Origin: an uncultured bacterium
Lineage (GTDB): Bacteria; Myxococcota_A; UBA9160; SMWR01
NCBI GenBank assembly: GCA_937937315.1
Contig: CALDCK010000047.1
Location: 1-50,995 of the forward strand
DNA: 50,995 bases
Direction: 5' to 3'
Under the pieces are notes generated by a model. It was not told where the DNA came from. It saw only the letters and a program-made list of their open reading frames with translations, and did no database searches. Shown here in pieces: positions 47,818 to 50,995 of the stretch. Numbering within the stretch: the stretch's first letter is position 1; every line of letters begins with the position of its first letter. The translations under genes were made by a program, and so were the position numbers.

Positions 47818-48831
47818 GTGAAGGTCTACACCACCGCTCCTCTCGAGGATCCGCGCGAGGCGCGGCGGGTCTTCCCTCGACTCGAGGAGATCGGCTACGA
47901 CGGCGCCTTCAGCTTCGAGGCGAAGCACGATCCCTTCCTGCCGCTCGTTCTGGCTGCGGAGCACACGCGAGAGCTCCGCCTCGGCACCGCCATCGCGATC
48001 GCCTTCGCGCGCAATCCGATGAACCTGGCGAACCTCGCCTACGGGCTCCAGGCGATCAGCGAGGGGCGCTTCGTGCTCGGGCTCGGCTCCCAGGTCCGTC
48101 CCCACGTGGAGCACCGCTTCGGCATGCCCTGGTCGAAGCCGGCGGCTCGCATGCGGGAGATCGTCCGGGCGATTCGTGCGATCTTCGCCTGCTGGGAGGG
48201 AGAGGGGGAGCTCGACTTCCGCGGCGAGTTCTACCGCCACACGCTGATGATCCCGGCCTTCGACCCGGGCCCCAATCCCTTCGGGCCGCCGCCGATCTTC
48301 ACCGCCGGCTTCGGACCGCGCATGACCGAGGTGGCGGGAGATTCGGCGGACGGCTTCTTCGCCCATCCCTTCAACACGCGCCGGTCGCTGCTCGAGAACA
48401 CCCTCCCGGCGATCGAGCGGGGGCTCGCCCGGGTCGGTCGCCCGCGCGACGGCTTCGAGATCGTCTGCGCGACCCTCGTGGTGACGGCGGACGACGAGGC
48501 CGAGCTCGAGAGGGTCAAGACGGCGGCTCGCAAGCAGCTCGCCTTCTACGGATCGACCCCGGCCTACCGTCCAACCCTCGATTGCCACGGCTGGGGGGAG
48601 CTCCACGAGGAGCTGAATCGGCTGTCGAAGCAGGGTCGTTGGGACGAGATGGCCGATCGGGTGGACGACGAGGTCCTGGAGACCATCGCCGTCGTGGGGC
48701 CGAGGGCGGAGATCGCCGGGCGTCTGCGCGCACGCCTCGATGGCATCGCGGATGGCGTGAGCCTGACCCACAACCGCGCCCCGGATCCATCCCACTGGGC
48801 CGACGTGGTGGCCGCGCTTCGCAGCGGCTGA
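47818..48831 (+). CDS. LLM class F420-dependent oxidoreductase
   Basis: EAKHDPFLPL, AIAIAFARNPM, LGLGSQVRPH, FYRHTLM.P.F, QLAFYGSTPAY. Confidence 0.9.
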   Translation: MKVYTTAPLEDPREARRVFPRLEEIGYDGAFSFEAKHDPFLPLVLAAEHTRELRLGTAIAIAFARNPMNLANLAYGLQAISEGRFVLGLGSQVRPHVEHRFGMPWSKPAARMREIVRAIRAIFACWEGEGELDFRGEFYRHTLMIPAFDPGPNPFGPPPIFTAGFGPRMTEVAGDSADGFFAHPFNTRRSLLENTLPAIERGLARVGRPRDGFEIVCATLVVTADDEAELERVKTAARKQLAFYGSTPAYRPTLDCHGWGELHEELNRLSKQGRWDEMADRVDDEVLETIAVVGPRAEIAGRLRARLDGIADGVSLTHNRAPDPSHWADVVAALRSG

Positions 48832-48862
48832 GGCCGGTTTGGGGTGGCCGAGGGGGCCAACT

Positions 48863-48900
48863 CTGCTATAACGGTGTTACCCCTGATATAGCAGCGTTAC
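48863..48900. promoter_or_regulatory. Tandem operator-like repeats upstream of TetR-RND operon
   Basis: CTGCTATAACGGTGTTAC and CTGATATAGCAGCGTTAC at 20-bp period; first contains TAAC-n3-GTTA. Confidence 0.65.
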
Positions 48901-48909
48901 AGGTGCCCC

Positions 48910-49548
48910 GTGAACCCCCTCCATCCCCCCAGTCCGACCCGTACCGGTGAGCGCTCGGCTCGCGCCCCGGACTCTCGCGCGGCCATCCTCGCGGCGGCCG
49001 AGGCGGTGCTCCTCGACCAGGGCGTCGAGGGGGTGTCGATTCGCAAGGTGTCGGATCGCTGCGGCTTCACGGCGCCCACGATCTATCACCACTTCGGCGA
49101 CAAGAAGGGCCTGATCGACGCGGTGCTCGAGACGCGCTTCGCCGTGGTCCTGAAGGTCATGGCGGCGATCGAGCGCGGGAACGATCCGGCGGCATACCTG
49201 ACCGAGATGGCCCGCGCCTTCGTGAGCTTCGCCCTCGAGAACCCCAGCTACTACCGACTGCTCACCGTGCCCCGGCTGGAGGACGAAGACGTGGTTCCCT
49301 CCGCCGAGGCGGCGCGCGGACTCGTGAAGAATGCCCTCGAGGATCTCGCCCTCGAGGGCACCCTGGGCACCCCCGATATCGACGAAGCCTTTCAGGTGCT
49401 GTGGCTGATGCTCCACGGCCTCATCTCGCTGCACCTGATCCGACCGATCGACGAGATCTCGCCAAACCTGATCGAACGCACCTTCGCGGTGATGAAGGCG
49501 GGCCTGCTCCGACGTGAGCCGAGCGCACAGCCGGAGGCGACACGGTGA
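48910..49548 (+). CDS. TetR/AcrR family regulator (WHG-like C-terminus)
   Basis: SIRKVSDRCGFTAPTIYHHFGDK; LWLMLHG. Confidence 0.92.
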   Translation: MNPLHPPSPTRTGERSARAPDSRAAILAAAEAVLLDQGVEGVSIRKVSDRCGFTAPTIYHHFGDKKGLIDAVLETRFAVVLKVMAAIERGNDPAAYLTEMARAFVSFALENPSYYRLLTVPRLEDEDVVPSAEAARGLVKNALEDLALEGTLGTPDIDEAFQVLWLMLHGLISLHLIRPIDEISPNLIERTFAVMKAGLLRREPSAQPEATR

Positions 49549-50672
49549 AGACCGACCTGATCCGACGTACCGCGTGTGCCGCCTCGCTGCTGGCCTTCGC
49601 GCTCCTTGCCTGTGACTCCACCGAGGCGCCGTCGGAGGCGACCGGAAAGCCCGTCGTGGTGACACCGGTCTTCTCCATGGACCTCGAGGAGCGGATCGAG
49701 GCCTCCGGCGAGCTGCTCGCGAAGCAGCGCGCGGACGTGGCCGCCCAGGTTTCGGGGGAGGTCACCGAGGTGCTGGTCGAGGAGGGGGGCGCCGTAGAAG
49801 AAGGCGCGGTGATGATCGAGATCGATCCCGAGCGCCGACACCTTGAGCTCGACCGCGCTCGGGCCCGGGTGGGCGAGACCCAGGCCGCGGTAGCCGAGCA
49901 GGAGCGCGAAGTGAACCGGATGCGCGCCCTGGCGAAGCAGGGCGTCGCGTCGGAGACGAAGCTCGATCAGACCGAGACGGCCCTCGAGACCGCCCGGTCT
50001 CGCCTCGCCGGCGCGAGGGCCGATCTGGGCGTGGCCGAGCGCGAGCTTCGGGACGCCAGCGTGACGGCACGCTTCTCCGGTCTGATCGCGGAGCGCTACG
50101 TCGACCTCGGCGAGTTCGTCCGCGAGGGCCAGAAGCTGGTCGACCTGGTGACCCTCGACCCGGTGGAGGTGGAGTTCCACCTGCCCGAGGCAGACGCGGC
50201 GCGGGTGAGGGTGGGCCTCCCCATCGAGGTCACCGTCGCGCCCTATCCAGAAGACGTCTTCGACGCGACGGTGGCCGTCGTGTCGCCGACGATCGATCCA
50301 CGCACCCGCACGCTCCGGGTCCGGGCCGTCATCGAGAACGCGGACGGTCGGCTTCGCCCCGGGTTCTTCGCCCGCGCGAACCTGGGTGTTGCGAGCCGCG
50401 AGGGCGTGCTGATGGTTCCCGAGGAGGCGGTGCTGCGCCGCCTCGACGGGGCAGTCGTGTTTCGGGTCGGAGAGGATGCCCGCGTCACCCGCCTCGTCGT
50501 GGAGACCGGGCTCATGCGTGACGGGATGGTGGAGATCCGCTCGGGCCTCGCCGAGGGCGACCCGATCGTGAGCCGCGGCCACGACGATCTGATCGACGGC
50601 AGCGCGATCATCGCACGCAACCCCGACGGGACCCTGGCGGTGCCGCGGGCGGCCGGAGTGGCCGCGCAATGA
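49545..50672 (+). CDS. RND efflux periplasmic adaptor subunit, probable lipoprotein
   Basis: LLAC lipobox; lipoyl/coiled-coil layout, IDPRTRT, LRPG.F. Confidence 0.92.
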   Translation: MKTDLIRRTACAASLLAFALLACDSTEAPSEATGKPVVVTPVFSMDLEERIEASGELLAKQRADVAAQVSGEVTEVLVEEGGAVEEGAVMIEIDPERRHLELDRARARVGETQAAVAEQEREVNRMRALAKQGVASETKLDQTETALETARSRLAGARADLGVAERELRDASVTARFSGLIAERYVDLGEFVREGQKLVDLVTLDPVEVEFHLPEADAARVRVGLPIEVTVAPYPEDVFDATVAVVSPTIDPRTRTLRVRAVIENADGRLRPGFFARANLGVASREGVLMVPEEAVLRRLDGAVVFRVGEDARVTRLVVETGLMRDGMVEIRSGLAEGDPIVSRGHDDLIDGSAIIARNPDGTLAVPRAAGVAAQ

Positions 50673-50995
50673 TCGAGATCTGCATCCAGCGTCCGATCCT
50701 CACCCTGATGCTGACGCTCTCGCTGATCGTGTTCGGGGTGCTCGGCTACAACCAGCTCGGGATCGACCAGATGCCCGAGATGGAGTTCCCGGTCGTCACG
50801 GTCACGGCCCAGCTCGAGGGCGCGGCTCCGGAGGTGATGGAAGAGGACGTCACCGAGGTGCTCGAAGAGCACCTGAACACGATCGGCGGGCTGCGCAGCC
50901 TGAGCTCCACCAGCTTCCAGGGCGCTTCCGTCGTCGTCGCCGAGTTCGAGCTCGAACGCGACCTCGACCAGGCGACCCAGGACGTGCGCGACAAG
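50669..50995 (+). CDS. RND efflux permease (AcrB-like), 3'-truncated
   Basis: MIEICIQRPILTLM...GIDQMPEMEFPVVTV...GAAPEVME..VT..LEE; ATGA-coupled. Confidence 0.9.
   Translation, partial: MIEICIQRPILTLMLTLSLIVFGVLGYNQLGIDQMPEMEFPVVTVTAQLEGAAPEVMEEDVTEVLEEHLNTIGGLRSLSSTSFQGASVVVAEFELERDLDQATQDVRDK

Noticed and set aside
1-50995. CRISPR arrays, tRNA/rRNA, IS elements, prophage, recombinases
   Set aside because: None recognised by eye; short structured RNAs could be missed without a covariance-model search

Overview
High-GC bacterial chromosomal window (about 70% GC by eye, not computed). The gene content combines diderm envelope markers (PEP-CTERM protein, RND pump, c-type cytochrome) with a lipid-catabolic, F420-type set (two WS/DGATs, an ACAD pair, two LLM oxidoreductases, SDRs, TetRs), which suggests an uncultured Myxococcota/Binatia-like organism (inference). 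About 41 CDS are supported. No rRNA, tRNA, CRISPR array, integrase or transposase was recognised. Main points: (1) a secreted fusion of a PbrT/FTR1-type N-terminal cytochrome c module to an HtrA-like protease-PDZ that lacks the catalytic His and Ser, divergent from a sensor diguanylate cyclase and overlapped convergently by an alpha/beta-hydrolase also lacking its Ser; (2) two divergent cyclase-STAND-TPR paralogues sharing an 87-bp perfect inverted repeat, with a start-less relic of a third paralogue between them; (3) a tiny secreted protein with four CX3C motifs; (4) a 10-kb glycan acylation/methylation/lipid-carrier glycosylation locus; (5) recurring leaderless-type starts, including a 5-codon uORF coupled to an AftB-like gene. 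Several starts were moved from the ORF track by inspection.
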